Source of the DNA: an uncultured archaeon
Lineage (GTDB): Archaea; Asgardarchaeota; Thorarchaeia; Thorarchaeales; Thorarchaeaceae
Reading direction: 5' to 3'
NCBI GenBank assembly: GCA_964631415.1
Contig: CAZVZC010000015.1
Span: 1 to 39,757, forward strand
Length of the DNA: 39,757 nt
The notes under the pieces were generated by a model that saw nothing but the letters and a program-made list of their open reading frames with translations, was not told where the DNA came from and searched no databases. Made by a program: the position numbers and the translations under genes. Position 1 is the first letter of the stretch. Each line of letters begins with the position of its first letter. This document shows positions 8,541 through 19,042 of this stretch, one piece after another.

Positions 8541-9083
8541 CTATATCCTCTCAGTCTTCACAGCCAGCACTGCGCCGCAGTGGGGGCACCTAACGGAGTC
8601 TGGTCCCACCCACTCTGCTTCCTTCGGGTTGATGTCTGCGCCGCACTTGAAGCAGCGCTCCGGGACCTTTCTCGTGACCATTACTTCGCGCTCGACTGTC
8701 TTGGTCCCGGCAACGCCCCCTTCAGATCGTATGAAGGTTGACTGTTCGATTGTGCCTCGAAGCTTACCACTTGCGATTGCAGCATACAGCACATCACTCA
8801 CTTTCTGGGGTGATGCGCCGCTGAGCTTGGCTAGGTCATCCATCGTCACTTTGGCGTGGCCCTGGGCGATTCCGATGATCTTTGTGCTCACTCCGCCCGC
8901 ACTTCTACGCTTGGCACCCAGCACTATGAACACAAGAGCTATGACGAAGAAGACTGTGGCTGGAAGCCACATGTAGCCTTCACTCATTATCATCGTGATG
9001 ACTCCACCGACGAACATCACGAACCCAAAAAGGAAGAACATACAGCTTACGCATTCAAAACCGTCTTGAGACTGAATAGACAC
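8541..9083 (-). CDS. Membrane protein with PCI-like winged helix and C-terminal Zn ribbon
   Basis: Two TM helices; KVTMDDLAKL...VSDVLYAAIASGKLRGTI; CFKC...CPHC. GTG start at 9083 follows GAGGAGG. Confidence 0.7.
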   Translation of the reverse strand: MSIQSQDGFECVSCMFFLFGFVMFVGGVITMIMSEGYMWLPATVFFVIALVFIVLGAKRRSAGGVSTKIIGIAQGHAKVTMDDLAKLSGASPQKVSDVLYAAIASGKLRGTIEQSTFIRSEGGVAGTKTVEREVMVTRKVPERCFKCGADINPKEAEWVGPDSVRCPHCGAVLAVKTERI

Positions 9084-9373
9084 TACAGCGTGCCTCCTCA
9101 TGCGCGAATAGCATGGCAACACGTTTCGGAACATCGTACCAGATAAATGATGTGCCGTACTCCCAACGCTTGGCCTCCCGGTTTGCAGCCATCGAATACA
9201 CGTCCTCAGCCATCGCTTGAATCCCATCCATTGATGCCATGTACCAGTTCTTCGCCGAATCGTATGACTCCGTTCGACGCAAGAAGACCACTCTTTTTCT
9301 CATTCCACAACCGTTATACTATCATTAGATTGACCGAACGCAGGACTGCAAACGACAACTTGGGGCCATTCTA

Positions 9374-10555
9374 GTGTTCGAAGAGCAAGGCATGACAACA
9401 GACGCAGTGCTCAATCGGCTCCAGTTTCTACTGGGGCCTGATGCAAGCTATGCGAGCGGTCGGCCTGTGGCTTCAATGTCTACTGCTCCTCACAGTTTCG
9501 GCGTAGATGTGCTCTCTCGGACGATTGAGAAGAACGCGGGTCGCTTTCACATGTTCCCCGGTTCGGCAAAGGTCGAAAGTGAAGTGATCGAGATGATAGG
9601 GGATCTGTTTCATCTCGAACAAGCACTTGGCACCACGACCTCGGGAGGAACAGAGTCGAACATCTTAGCCATGCTTGCGTGCCGGGAAATGGCTGTGAAG
9701 AAGACGGGCGCCCTCGAAATCATTGCCCCTGATACTGTTCACGCGTCTGTTGACAAAGCCGCGTGGATCCTCCGTGCAAAGCTTGTGAAGACAAGGGTCG
9801 ACAGCCAGTTCAAGGCTGACCCTTCAGCGATCGAGCGGGCGATCAACAAGAAGACCGTGGGCATCTTTGCTACCGCGGGCACGACGTACCTTGGCCAGAT
9901 TGACCCCATTGAGGAGATTGCAGGCATAGCCAGCCGCCATTCGATCCCGTTTCATGTCGACGCTGCATTCGGGGGGTTTGTCATCCCCTTTCTTAACGAC
10001 CTAGGAATGGGTCATCATATGTTCGATTTCCAGATTGATGGCGTCACGAGTATCAGTGTAGACCCTCACAAGATGGGACTCGCTCCAATACCTTCAGGCT
10101 GTATCGTATTCAGATCGGAGAAACATCTCGAATCGATAACAAGGAGGGTACCATACCTCAGGGGACAGAGTGCCGTGCAGCACACACTTCTTGGAACAAG
10201 ACCCGCAGGATCGATACTTGCCGCTTGGGCGGTGATGAAGCAAATGGGTAGGAAGGGGTACAGGGACTTGGTCAGTCTTTGCATGAAGAGGACACTGATG
10301 GTCAAGAACAGAGTCGAGGCTAACAGAATGCTCCAGTTGGCAATCGAGCCTGTTATGAACATAGTCGGCATAGAGTGCAAGGAGTTGTCGCTTGAACATG
10401 TGACAGAAAGAATGGAGGAGCGAGGCTGGATGATGGCGACCTCGCCCTTGCCACCGAGCATAAGGATTGTCATCATGCCTCACATAACAGAGGGCACAGT
10501 GAATGCCTTCTTCAACGACTTGGATGATGTTTCGACAACAATCCCGACAGACTGA
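9374..10555 (+). CDS. mfnA: PLP-dependent tyrosine/L-aspartate decarboxylase MfnA
   Basis: TSGGTESN, HASVDKA, AGTTYLGQIDP, HVDAAFGGF, DPHKMG (PLP lysine), LLGTRP. Confidence 0.9.
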   Translation: MFEEQGMTTDAVLNRLQFLLGPDASYASGRPVASMSTAPHSFGVDVLSRTIEKNAGRFHMFPGSAKVESEVIEMIGDLFHLEQALGTTTSGGTESNILAMLACREMAVKKTGALEIIAPDTVHASVDKAAWILRAKLVKTRVDSQFKADPSAIERAINKKTVGIFATAGTTYLGQIDPIEEIAGIASRHSIPFHVDAAFGGFVIPFLNDLGMGHHMFDFQIDGVTSISVDPHKMGLAPIPSGCIVFRSEKHLESITRRVPYLRGQSAVQHTLLGTRPAGSILAAWAVMKQMGRKGYRDLVSLCMKRTLMVKNRVEANRMLQLAIEPVMNIVGIECKELSLEHVTERMEERGWMMATSPLPPSIRIVIMPHITEGTVNAFFNDLDDVSTTIPTD

Positions 10556-10560
10556 CAGGT

Positions 10561-10908
10561 CTAGGTGGGGCCTCGTTTCAGTTCCTCTACTCTCTCCTCG
10601 AGGTCTGACATGCGCTTGGTGAGGTCAAGCACCGTGTTCAGCAGGAATGAGATTAGGTATCCATAGTTTACGGAGTAACCCTCACCACGTTCGAGTATCT
10701 GTGCCTCTTCGAGTCGTCTGGCTGCATTCGTGATTGACTGTTTCGATACCTTCCTCTCGTCGACAAGTCGGTCTACTGTTTCCCGGACCTCGCGAGGGGC
10801 CACAGGTGTTCCTCTGAGAGGCTTCAGTAGACTGTGAAGGATTATCAGGCCGGCACCCATCCGTGGATTCGTCAGCATTGAGAATGTGTCGTCCAGCTCT
10901 TTCATGAT
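10561..10908 (-). CDS. Hypothetical winged-helix protein with C-terminal coiled coil
   Basis: PREVRETV...SKQSITNAARRLEEAQILER HTH-like segment; heptad tail LTKRMSDLEERVEELK. Start uncertain (10908 or 10959). Confidence 0.6.
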   Translation of the reverse strand: MMKELDDTFSMLTNPRMGAGLIILHSLLKPLRGTPVAPREVRETVDRLVDERKVSKQSITNAARRLEEAQILERGEGYSVNYGYLISFLLNTVLDLTKRMSDLEERVEELKRGPT

Positions 10909-11101
10909 GACCTTCTTCCCGCTGGCAGTAAACGCTTCGCTAGACAAAAAGCTTCCCACCGCCCTCGAAGGCGCGAGTAGCGTCAGATTCGAGAGAGAGT
11001 TTCCCTTGAGCGTTTACCGAATCCGGCGATGACGGCAGCATGGGACACGTCTTACCGCTATGGTGGGCGAAGTGCTAGTCCCTAATGCGAAACAGTAAAA
11101 G

Positions 11102-11809
11102 ATGGGTTCTCAGATAGTCTTGCAGGTTCGTCAGTTGGCAGAATCATTGGAGAGAGTTGTGTTCGTCGGAGTCATCCATACAGACCTTGATAGTGTGGAA
11201 GAGGCAACGAAGATAGTGAGACAGGTAAAGCCTGATGTCGTAGCTGTGGAGCTAGACCGGGAGAGGTATCAACAGATGATGCATCCCCCGGCGGAAGAGG
11301 AGATTGCGCGCATGACACTGACTGGTAACCCAGTTCAGGACCTGTTTTACCAGATTGCCCTCTTGGAGAAGAAACTGGGTGATATCACAGGAAGTGATGC
11401 CGGTGCCGAGATGTTAGCTGCGATCAAAGAAGGCAGGAGCATTGGAGCCAAGATCGCACTTGTGGACAGGCCCATCCAAGCGACACTCCAAGCCATCATG
11501 AATGTCCCACTCGATGAAGTCTACAGGATGTTCAACATGATGCCTGGAGCTTCCAAGGAAATACAGGAGGGAGGAGCCCAAGACCTGCTGAGCATGTTAA
11601 AGGAGGAGGGAGCAGTAGACGCTGTCATGGAGGAGTTCAGGGGTCAATTTCCCAACCTGAGCAATGCTCTGATCCAAGAGAGAGACAACTACGTCGCCAA
11701 AGCGCTATTCACCATTCTCAACGATGTCGAGGGACGGATAGTGGCCGTCCTAGGGGCAGGCCATATCGAGGGCGTCAAGCAGTCCCTAGCTCGGATGCTT
11801 CAGACCTAG
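11102..11809 (+). CDS. TraB/PrgY/GumN family protein
   Basis: FVGVIH, PDVVAVELDRERY, GAEMLAA, LVDRPIQ.TL, LIQERD, VAVLGAGH..G. Confidence 0.88.
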   Translation: MGSQIVLQVRQLAESLERVVFVGVIHTDLDSVEEATKIVRQVKPDVVAVELDRERYQQMMHPPAEEEIARMTLTGNPVQDLFYQIALLEKKLGDITGSDAGAEMLAAIKEGRSIGAKIALVDRPIQATLQAIMNVPLDEVYRMFNMMPGASKEIQEGGAQDLLSMLKEEGAVDAVMEEFRGQFPNLSNALIQERDNYVAKALFTILNDVEGRIVAVLGAGHIEGVKQSLARMLQT

Positions 11810-11817
11810 GCTGGCGC

Positions 11818-12483
11818 TTAGAGACCTAGGCCGCGGACTAGGTCATCGATGCCCTGTCCCGTCTTTGAGCTCACCATGTAGACGGGGAGCAAAGCGTCCA
11901 CTTCGCGAACATCCTTCACAAGCCCTTGGACATCGAACTCAAGGACGTTAGCGAGGTCGATCTTGTTGATCACTATCAGGTCGGCCCTCTTGATTGTGAG
12001 CGGATGTTTGCGGACCATATACGGGCCCTCGGTTATGCTCAGGACAACTATCTTCTTCTCAACCCCCAACGAATAGCCTGCAGGACAGATCAGGTTACCA
12101 ACGTTTTCAATGAAGGCCACCTGATACTTGGCCAAGTCAACGTCCTTCAATGCAAGCCGAACCATTCTTGCATCGAGATGACATGCCGAACCAGTGTTGA
12201 TTTGCACCGTGTCAATGCCATGCGACTGGACCCTATCGGCGTCTATTCGTGTAGCAAGGTCTCCGGCCACCATCAGTATGCGGTATCGAGCAGACAGCCT
12301 CTCGCACAAGGACTCAATCAGCAAGGTCTTACCTGTGCCGACCGAACCCATGATGTCGAACGCGCGTATATTGTGTTTCTTGAACTCTGCAGCATTGATC
12401 TTAGCTGCATCCTCATTTGCTCCGAACAGGTCCCTTCGGATATCAATCGTGACAGTCCGGTCGGTCATTGAGGTCACCTTCAT
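11818..12483 (-). CDS. hypB: Hydrogenase nickel-incorporation GTPase HypB
   Basis: GSVGTGKT, INTGSACHLDA, ENVGNLICP, INKIDL. Confidence 0.92.
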   Translation of the reverse strand: MKVTSMTDRTVTIDIRRDLFGANEDAAKINAAEFKKHNIRAFDIMGSVGTGKTLLIESLCERLSARYRILMVAGDLATRIDADRVQSHGIDTVQINTGSACHLDARMVRLALKDVDLAKYQVAFIENVGNLICPAGYSLGVEKKIVVLSITEGPYMVRKHPLTIKRADLIVINKIDLANVLEFDVQGLVKDVREVDALLPVYMVSSKTGQGIDDLVRGLGL

Positions 12484-13039
12484 GCTCTTCTATTGAGAGT
12501 GTCGGGGGATAAGTGTACAGGTACGGTCCCAGTATGGGTCTTACTATCAGTTTCTCCACCATCAGAGCAGCCACAGCCCAAGCTGCTCCCTGCATTGTGT
12601 CCAGAACTGCCGCGAGGAGTGCGGCCTCAAAAGACTCGCTGAGGGCTAGGAATACAGTCATGTCTGGCACAAAACCCCCTATCAAGCCGCCCCCAAGTAT
12701 GACGAGCAGGAGGTACTTCGCACTGTTCCTATCGGATGTGATGTGTATTGCATAGCCTGTCCCAATGCCAAGGAAGACATTGCCTATCAGAGGCATGAAT
12801 GGCACCTCTCCTCCGGCGACAGCGCCACCAATCCCGACGATGGCCCCGACCACAGCTCCACCAATGAGCCCTCCAATGATGCCCCCAAGTTCAGAGAACA
12901 GGAAACCCGGGCTCAGTTCGAGCATGCCCGGTATAATCGGGATCCTGACGAACAGGCGCATCACGATTCCGAGTGCGGCCACCATGGCCATGCATGTGAC
13001 TGCGACCGTGTTCATTCTCAGGGGTATGAGCACCATCAA
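12443..13039 (-). CDS. Putative ECF-type S component (Gly-rich membrane protein)
   Basis: MAMVAALGIVMRLFVRIPI N-terminus and GGxxGGxxGA helix as in S components; about 6 TM helices. Confidence 0.6.
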   Translation of the reverse strand: MMVLIPLRMNTVAVTCMAMVAALGIVMRLFVRIPIIPGMLELSPGFLFSELGGIIGGLIGGAVVGAIVGIGGAVAGGEVPFMPLIGNVFLGIGTGYAIHITSDRNSAKYLLLVILGGGLIGGFVPDMTVFLALSESFEAALLAAVLDTMQGAAWAVAALMVEKLIVRPILGPYLYTYPPTLSIEEHEGDLNDRPDCHD

Positions 13040-13046
13040 TCTCGCC

Positions 13047-13439
13047 TTAGGCGGCAGTGAGCCGCTCTGGTGCCTCGGGCCAGCTTCCCAACAAGAACCT
13101 TCTGGTCTCTAGATACCATTTCTCGAGTTGGGACAGTACCTGTTTGCGGACATCCTCTGTCGAAACTGCCAGATAGACATAGTAGTAACCCCCCTTCTCA
13201 AGAGACCGCAACTCGCGTTCGACGAGACCCTTCTTACATAGCTTGTTGAGCACTCGCTGAACTGTGCTGCGGTCACGCTTGATCGCTAAGGTGATTGACT
13301 CGACTGTCTTGGGACCAGAGAGCAGTGAGAAGTATGTATCGATCTCACTGTCACAAAGACCAAACGCACAGCACAGTAAGTCAGAGGGTTTCTCAAACCT
13401 CTTTGTGAACAGGCCCGACATTGGATCCCGCATTGTCAT
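13047..13439 (-). CDS. Transcriptional regulator, TrmB-like HTH (COG3355-like)
   Basis: LLCCAFGL...YFSLL...RDRSTVQRVLNKL...GLVER...GGYYYVY. Confidence 0.85.
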   Translation of the reverse strand: MTMRDPMSGLFTKRFEKPSDLLCCAFGLCDSEIDTYFSLLSGPKTVESITLAIKRDRSTVQRVLNKLCKKGLVERELRSLEKGGYYYVYLAVSTEDVRKQVLSQLEKWYLETRRFLLGSWPEAPERLTAA

Positions 13440-13640
13440 CACCAAAGGGTATTCTGTGCCATGTGACAGAAAAGGGTTGTGCAGTGGCCACGCACAAGCG
13501 ATAATACTTCGGTTAAAATCCATCTGCTATTCCATAGAAGGCGGTGCTGCTAGCAGATGGACTTCAGTTCGTTGAGGGGCGATCCAGACTCGGCCCGTTG
13601 GGATGAACCTGCGAGAAGTGGGCCGTTTCCGGCCGTCAAC

Positions 13641-14024
13641 ATGGCGCCATTGAAGGGGACTCTCGAGTCGGACCCGATCCGGTCCCGAGTCCTCAGGCTG
13701 CTGATTGAAGATGGAGGGTGGGTCACGACTGCAGACCTGTTAAGAGTAGCACGTCAAGTCAGGCCAATCATAGGAGCTGTCACCATAGGTACGATTCTAG
13801 AGGGCATGAATCAGCTTGTTTCGTCCAGACTGATACTCAGCAGGGCCTCATTGTCCACAGGCATAGATTGGGCTGAATGGAGAATAAACCCCGATTGGCT
13901 TGAACCGACTCGGAAGTTGCTTCAGATGATTGTTCGCACACGGACCAAAGGGCCCGACGAGTGGACTCACGAAGATACGAAGCGTGGAACAGAACGGGCT
14001 GCGTCAGGACCTACTCATGATTGA
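13641..14024 (+). CDS. Hypothetical winged-helix-like protein
   Basis: IRSRVLRLLIEDGGWVTTADL...EWRINP pattern; start chosen at ATG 13641. Confidence 0.55.
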   Translation: MAPLKGTLESDPIRSRVLRLLIEDGGWVTTADLLRVARQVRPIIGAVTIGTILEGMNQLVSSRLILSRASLSTGIDWAEWRINPDWLEPTRKLLQMIVRTRTKGPDEWTHEDTKRGTERAASGPTHD

Positions 14025-14148
14025 GTAGCTAGTGCTTCTTGAGTAATCTACTTAAGACAATATGATTGACACCGCACACATGCCACGTTCGATGTCAGCG
14101 TCGCCGTCTGATCCTGCAAGAACCACAGTCGTCCAAGAGTCTGCAGCG

Positions 14149-14730
14149 ATGGAACCCTCGACGGTTTCAGAAACCAGCGAGAAAGTGAAGCGCGTCGTGG
14201 TCGCGGCTCTACTTGCAGCTCTGTCCGTGGCGGCAGCACCTATCGCGACCTATCTTCCCAGAGTAGCGGGCTGGGGAATAGCTTTCTTCGATCCTGTGTC
14301 TATATTCTGGATAGCGGCGTTCCTAATCGGGGGTCTATGGGTTGGTATGATCAGTACTGTGGCCGGCACGCTGGTTCTCTTCTTCACTGATCCAACGGGC
14401 ATCGGACCGATCTTCAAGTTTCTCGCAACGCTTCCCATGATTATCATACCATGGTTTGCCGTCCGCATGTTCGGCCGCGAGGTGGGAGGCAGTTACCTCT
14501 CTTCGCGCCTCAGCTATGCGTTTCTAATGAGTCTTGCGTATGTCGTGAGACTCATAGTCATGATTCCTCTCAACCTCGTGGTTGTGCCGCTGTTTGCCCC
14601 TTGGATGGCTGCTGACCAGATAGCCGCTTACACCTTCCTCCTCAACACCGTTCAAAGCTTCTGGGACGCACTAGTGCCCTATGTTGTTGTCTTCCCCAGC
14701 ATGGTCTTCCGCCACTTCAAGATGTGGTGA
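14149..14730 (+). CDS. Putative ECF transporter S component
   Basis: VAALLAALSV (AxxxA), FFDPVSIFWIAAFLIGG, about 6 TM helices. Start uncertain. Confidence 0.65.
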   Translation: MEPSTVSETSEKVKRVVVAALLAALSVAAAPIATYLPRVAGWGIAFFDPVSIFWIAAFLIGGLWVGMISTVAGTLVLFFTDPTGIGPIFKFLATLPMIIIPWFAVRMFGREVGGSYLSSRLSYAFLMSLAYVVRLIVMIPLNLVVVPLFAPWMAADQIAAYTFLLNTVQSFWDALVPYVVVFPSMVFRHFKMW

Positions 14731-14835
14731 CATGCGATAGCCGCCAAGATGGGGGTAGACCCAATCGGAATTCGCTTAAATAGCCAAGTAGTGGTGTCCT
14801 TCGCAGTAACATCACACACGCAGTAGGGATCACGA

Positions 14836-15651
14836 ATGGTGCGGCGATGCGAGTATTGCGACTCGCCAGTACCAGCAGATGCCACGGTCTGTCCCGTGTG
14901 CAGACAGGTCCTAGCCGAGGAAACTCTTGAAAGGGTTCTACCCATGCTGAAGAGACCTGGAGCACCCGAGGTCCGTGCATTAAGTGTCGGAGAAAGGCTG
15001 TGGGGTGTGATTAGACAGCCGGCGGCAACCTATCGCGACATCGGTCAACGACCTGATGGGGCCGGGCCATTCCTGATCATACTGATGAATGCTCTCGTTG
15101 TCGCTGCCTTCTTTCTGGTCGTTTCCTCGAAGTTCACAGTAACAGTTGTCCTGAACGAAACAACCCGCGAATCTGCCGTCGTGTCCGTCTTGGACACACA
15201 AGGAGCCTACATGTACTACGCGACGGCGCTGGCTAGCATAGTGCCAAGCATCATGCTCGGTTTTGTGTACCTACTAGTTGGAACTGTGTTTGCACACATC
15301 GCGTTCAAGATCACCGGCGGCTCCGGACGCGCAGGCAAGACCCTCGCTATCGTGGGCTACAGCATGATTCCTGTACTCATAATGCGACTAGTGGCACTCG
15401 TGGTCGTGTTTGCCGCCTTGCCCACTCACCTCATTGACGACTCGGGCCTGTGGCCCAGCATAATCCAATCGATATATGATGCTGACGTGTGGCTGATCAT
15501 AGACTACATGACAACGGCCGCATTTGTATGGGTTGGTTTTCTCCTCATATTCGGAATCAGAGAAGCGCATGACACCTCGACTGTGTGGGCATTCGTTGTT
15601 TCGTTGGCGTGTATGATAGTCTTGATGTGGACGTTCTGGCAAGCTCACTGA
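14836..15651 (+). CDS. Zn-ribbon plus Yip1-family membrane protein
   Basis: CEYC...CPVC; VIRQPAATY.DI; five TM helices with GGSG...TL.IVGYS.IP and W...LL..GIRE.H. Confidence 0.8.
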   Translation: MVRRCEYCDSPVPADATVCPVCRQVLAEETLERVLPMLKRPGAPEVRALSVGERLWGVIRQPAATYRDIGQRPDGAGPFLIILMNALVVAAFFLVVSSKFTVTVVLNETTRESAVVSVLDTQGAYMYYATALASIVPSIMLGFVYLLVGTVFAHIAFKITGGSGRAGKTLAIVGYSMIPVLIMRLVALVVVFAALPTHLIDDSGLWPSIIQSIYDADVWLIIDYMTTAAFVWVGFLLIFGIREAHDTSTVWAFVVSLACMIVLMWTFWQAH

Positions 15652-15658
15652 CCAAGTG

Positions 15659-16591
15659 TCAGACGATGCCGTACACTGGGATTATCACGAAGGCAATGAG
15701 GCCAATCAGAGCTCCGACCTTGTCTAGTGTGCTGCCTATCACGAGCCGCTTCTTCTTGCTCGGTCCGGTCAACGGGAAGAGGGCGGCACCCATCACAACT
15801 GCAGACCCAAGGACCAAGAGTAACCACAGATCCCAGCTGGCATATCCCAGTATCCACACCATCATGTAGCACGCGACTCCAATGATGTTGAGGACTGCAG
15901 CTACGGCCACTGCCGCTCGATTGCCGTACACACGTGCAATGGTGCGAACATTCCTCAACGCATCGCCCTCGACATCCTCAGCGCCCTTGATTGTTTCACG
16001 AGCCTGCAGTATCATGAATGCCGTCAGGAAGAACAACCACGACGGAACAGGAATAACGAAGAACGCAACCCGCTCGGCATAGAGGAAGGAACCATATATG
16101 ACACCAAAGGCGAAAGAAAACGCCACCATGAAGTTGCCTGCAAGTCCGAGAGCCTTGACCTTCGCCGCGTAGGCATAACCTACAATCTCGAAGAAGACAA
16201 CTACCAATGTGCTGAGCGGACCGTTAAGCCACGCAAACAAGATACCGAACATGCTTAGGAATGCAACGTAGGCCCACGCCTGCTTCACGGTCATTCTTCC
16301 ACTTGGCAATGCCCGATGGGGACGATTGATCTTGTCAACCTCTATGTCGAAGATATCGTTCACAACATTGCCGCCTGCTGCGACGAAGAAGTAGGTCACA
16401 TAGCCGAAGATGAACATGTACAGGTATGCTGATATGGAAGGGCCGACTGGATGGACTCTATAGGCCATCGCTAGACCAGCTATGACAGTGAGTCCGCCTA
16501 TGATGCAGTTCTGCGGCCGGATTATCGAGAGGAATGCCTTTAGATCAGTCCGCTGCTTCTGCCCATCGGTCGTCGTAGTCTTGTCCGACAT
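15659..16591 (-). CDS. Digeranylgeranylglyceryl phosphate synthase (UbiA family)
   Basis: IIRPQN, NDIFDIEVDKINRPHR.LPSG, RETIKGAEDVEGD. Confidence 0.9.
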   Translation of the reverse strand: MSDKTTTTDGQKQRTDLKAFLSIIRPQNCIIGGLTVIAGLAMAYRVHPVGPSISAYLYMFIFGYVTYFFVAAGGNVVNDIFDIEVDKINRPHRALPSGRMTVKQAWAYVAFLSMFGILFAWLNGPLSTLVVVFFEIVGYAYAAKVKALGLAGNFMVAFSFAFGVIYGSFLYAERVAFFVIPVPSWLFFLTAFMILQARETIKGAEDVEGDALRNVRTIARVYGNRAAVAVAAVLNIIGVACYMMVWILGYASWDLWLLLVLGSAVVMGAALFPLTGPSKKKRLVIGSTLDKVGALIGLIAFVIIPVYGIV

Positions 16592-16831
16592 CAGATTGCA
16601 GTCCTCCCAGCCATCAGTGAGAGGCCATGATTAAAGGCTTCCGGACAAGATGCGCAATTTCCGCACGCGTGGTCCAAGCCATGTCCGCATCAGAACTGAA
16701 CTGGTTCCTTTGCACAGCAGTGCTAAAAAGGACACAGAGAATCAAGCATCGCAAGCGAAAGAGAAGCTTGGTCCGGACAGCGGTCACTCTTAGCGGCCAC
16801 CCTCAGTACCGAGGCGATTCACCTGGTAGAG

Positions 16832-17668
16832 ATGCACTTTGGTCCAGCCGGTTACCCGGCCGACACACGTGGCAGCCCCCGCAGAGCGTTCCAGATGATA
16901 CGCGAGGCAGGACTTGATGCACTGGAATATGCTGCCGTGTACGGGCTTAGAATTAGCGAAGAGAAAGCGGCCGCACTAGGATCTCTAGCAGAAGAAAACC
17001 GGATCACAATGAGCATGCATGCCGCATACTACATCAATCTTGCATCCAAGAGCAATGAGATCCGGAACAGATCGAAAGAACGGCTTGTTGCCGGGCTAAG
17101 ATTCGCACCCTTGATGCGGGTGAAGCGTGTCGTCTTTCACGCCGGTGGATACTGTGGTCTAGCTCCGGAGGACGCATACGAGGTTGTGAGAAACTCACTA
17201 AAGGAAGTGTGGGCTGCCGCAGGGCACCGAGGGAAAGGCGCCCTTCTCGCTCCTGAGACTGCAGGAAAGCTGGGAGCATTCGGTTCCGTTGAGGAACTCG
17301 TGAAGCTGTGCACAGAGGTTGATGGTCTGACACCAACGATAGACTGGGCGCATCTGCATGCCCGTACTCAGGGACAGATGGACAACAAGGACAGCTACCT
17401 GAGAGTCTTGGACACATTCGAACGGGCGCTCGGAAACAGGTTTGTGGACAACATGCACTTCCATGTTAGCGGCATCGAGTATTCACAAGCAGGCGAGAAG
17501 GCCCACAGACCTCTTGGACGCAAATGGGGTCCTGACATCCTCCCTCTGCTCCAGATCGTGAGGGAGGTTGGTTACAGGCCCACGTTCATATCAGAAACTC
17601 CCAACCCAATCCATGGCGCACTGTACACTAAGCTGCTCTTTGATGAGTTGGAGAAGTCGACACAATGA
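16832..17668 (+). CDS. nfo: Endonuclease IV (archaeal AP endonuclease 2 family)
   Basis: FGPAG, HAAYYINL, VFH.G, PETAGK...FGS, DWAHLHAR, HFHVSGIEY...GE..H. Confidence 0.88.
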   Translation: MHFGPAGYPADTRGSPRRAFQMIREAGLDALEYAAVYGLRISEEKAAALGSLAEENRITMSMHAAYYINLASKSNEIRNRSKERLVAGLRFAPLMRVKRVVFHAGGYCGLAPEDAYEVVRNSLKEVWAAAGHRGKGALLAPETAGKLGAFGSVEELVKLCTEVDGLTPTIDWAHLHARTQGQMDNKDSYLRVLDTFERALGNRFVDNMHFHVSGIEYSQAGEKAHRPLGRKWGPDILPLLQIVREVGYRPTFISETPNPIHGALYTKLLFDELEKSTQ

Positions 17669-19002
17669 AAGACCACTTGTTCATCCTCGGCTCCAACTGG
17701 CTGCTTAGCATAGCTGAGCTCATCGTGTACCTCAGAAACAGGAACATACGCGTGGGAGTCAAGGACTTCTCCAAGAGGGCAGTCCTACTGAGCATTGCTG
17801 ACGATTTCAATGATGAACAACTGACAGACATCCAGTCGGCCCTCGGGGGTTGCTACAAGGTGGCCGAGGTTGTCACAAGCTATGATTGCGAAACGGCAAA
17901 GAGAGCTTTTCCAGTGACAGGTAGAATCCGCCAGAAAGAGAGAGCCACTCTGCTCAGCTGCCCATGGGTGAAGGAGGTATGGGCACAGCCTAGGAATCAG
18001 AGGATCAGGTTCGGCGTCAGCACGTATCCCATGTGGAATGACCAATCGGTAGACTTGAAACGCTTCACTGTCGCGATGGACGAAGCGGTCAAGACAATTC
18101 TGGTCGAGAAGGGCGCAAAGAACGTGGCGTACTATGTGTACGAAGGGCCAGATCGTAGGAAGTCAGACAGGCAAAACACGGCGCTGTGGCCGCAGACTCT
18201 GATCAGGCACGGCCTCTTGGTCAGTCCGAATGCTGAGATCTTGGCAGTGTTCACCACAAAGACCCTGTACATCGGCAAGACTGTCGCAGCATACGACTCA
18301 ATTCTCCAGCAGCACAGAGACGAAGCGAGGCCCTACACCTCACCGGAAATAAGCACAAGTCCCAAAATCTGCAGGACACTCTTGAATCTCGCTGGTGCAA
18401 AGCTAGGTGATACAGTACTGGATCCCTTCTGTGGCACCGGGACTCTACTGATGGAAGCGGCAGTCTTGGGCATGAGCTCCATCGGGATAGACATTAGCGA
18501 TAATGCAGTCAAAGGTACCATAGCCAATCTCAGATGGCTTGAGAGAGAACTCGGCCGAAAGCTGAAGTTCACCGTGTTCAGGGGTGATGCTCGCGAAACT
18601 GACAGTCTTGTCAAGGGGAGAGTGGATGCTGTTGCATTTGAGCCGGAGCTTGGCCCCATATACTCGACCCGACCCGAAGAGGACGAGGCCGAGAAGACCA
18701 TCAAGGGCTTGACCAGCCTCTATCGCGATACACTGACGGCCGCTTCGCGGCGTCTGAAGCAGGAAGGACGGGTGGCCATGACGCTTCCCATTATCAACTC
18801 GAAACAGGACCTGTTCAGAGTGGATTTGAACCAGCTGGTGAGAGGGACACCTTTCAGTTTGATGCCGTTCCTGCCGAAGGACTGCGTCATTGATACAGAA
18901 ACGGGGGATGAAGAGCCTAGACTCAAGACAGAACGTACAAGCTTGCCAGAGAGGAAGAGAGGTCAGATAGTACAGCGCGAGCTTGTCATGCTGTCAAGGT
19001 AG
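17665..19002 (+). CDS. Trm11-like SAM-dependent RNA methyltransferase (COG1041-like)
   Basis: THUMP-like N-terminal half; RP...STSPK..R.LLNL, DPFCGTGT.LMEA, FEPELG motif IV variant. Confidence 0.72.
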   Translation: MKDHLFILGSNWLLSIAELIVYLRNRNIRVGVKDFSKRAVLLSIADDFNDEQLTDIQSALGGCYKVAEVVTSYDCETAKRAFPVTGRIRQKERATLLSCPWVKEVWAQPRNQRIRFGVSTYPMWNDQSVDLKRFTVAMDEAVKTILVEKGAKNVAYYVYEGPDRRKSDRQNTALWPQTLIRHGLLVSPNAEILAVFTTKTLYIGKTVAAYDSILQQHRDEARPYTSPEISTSPKICRTLLNLAGAKLGDTVLDPFCGTGTLLMEAAVLGMSSIGIDISDNAVKGTIANLRWLERELGRKLKFTVFRGDARETDSLVKGRVDAVAFEPELGPIYSTRPEEDEAEKTIKGLTSLYRDTLTAASRRLKQEGRVAMTLPIINSKQDLFRVDLNQLVRGTPFSLMPFLPKDCVIDTETGDEEPRLKTERTSLPERKRGQIVQRELVMLSR

Positions 19003-19042
19003 GCGATCCCATCACGACACATCTTGTTCACGTGTCGCTTAG

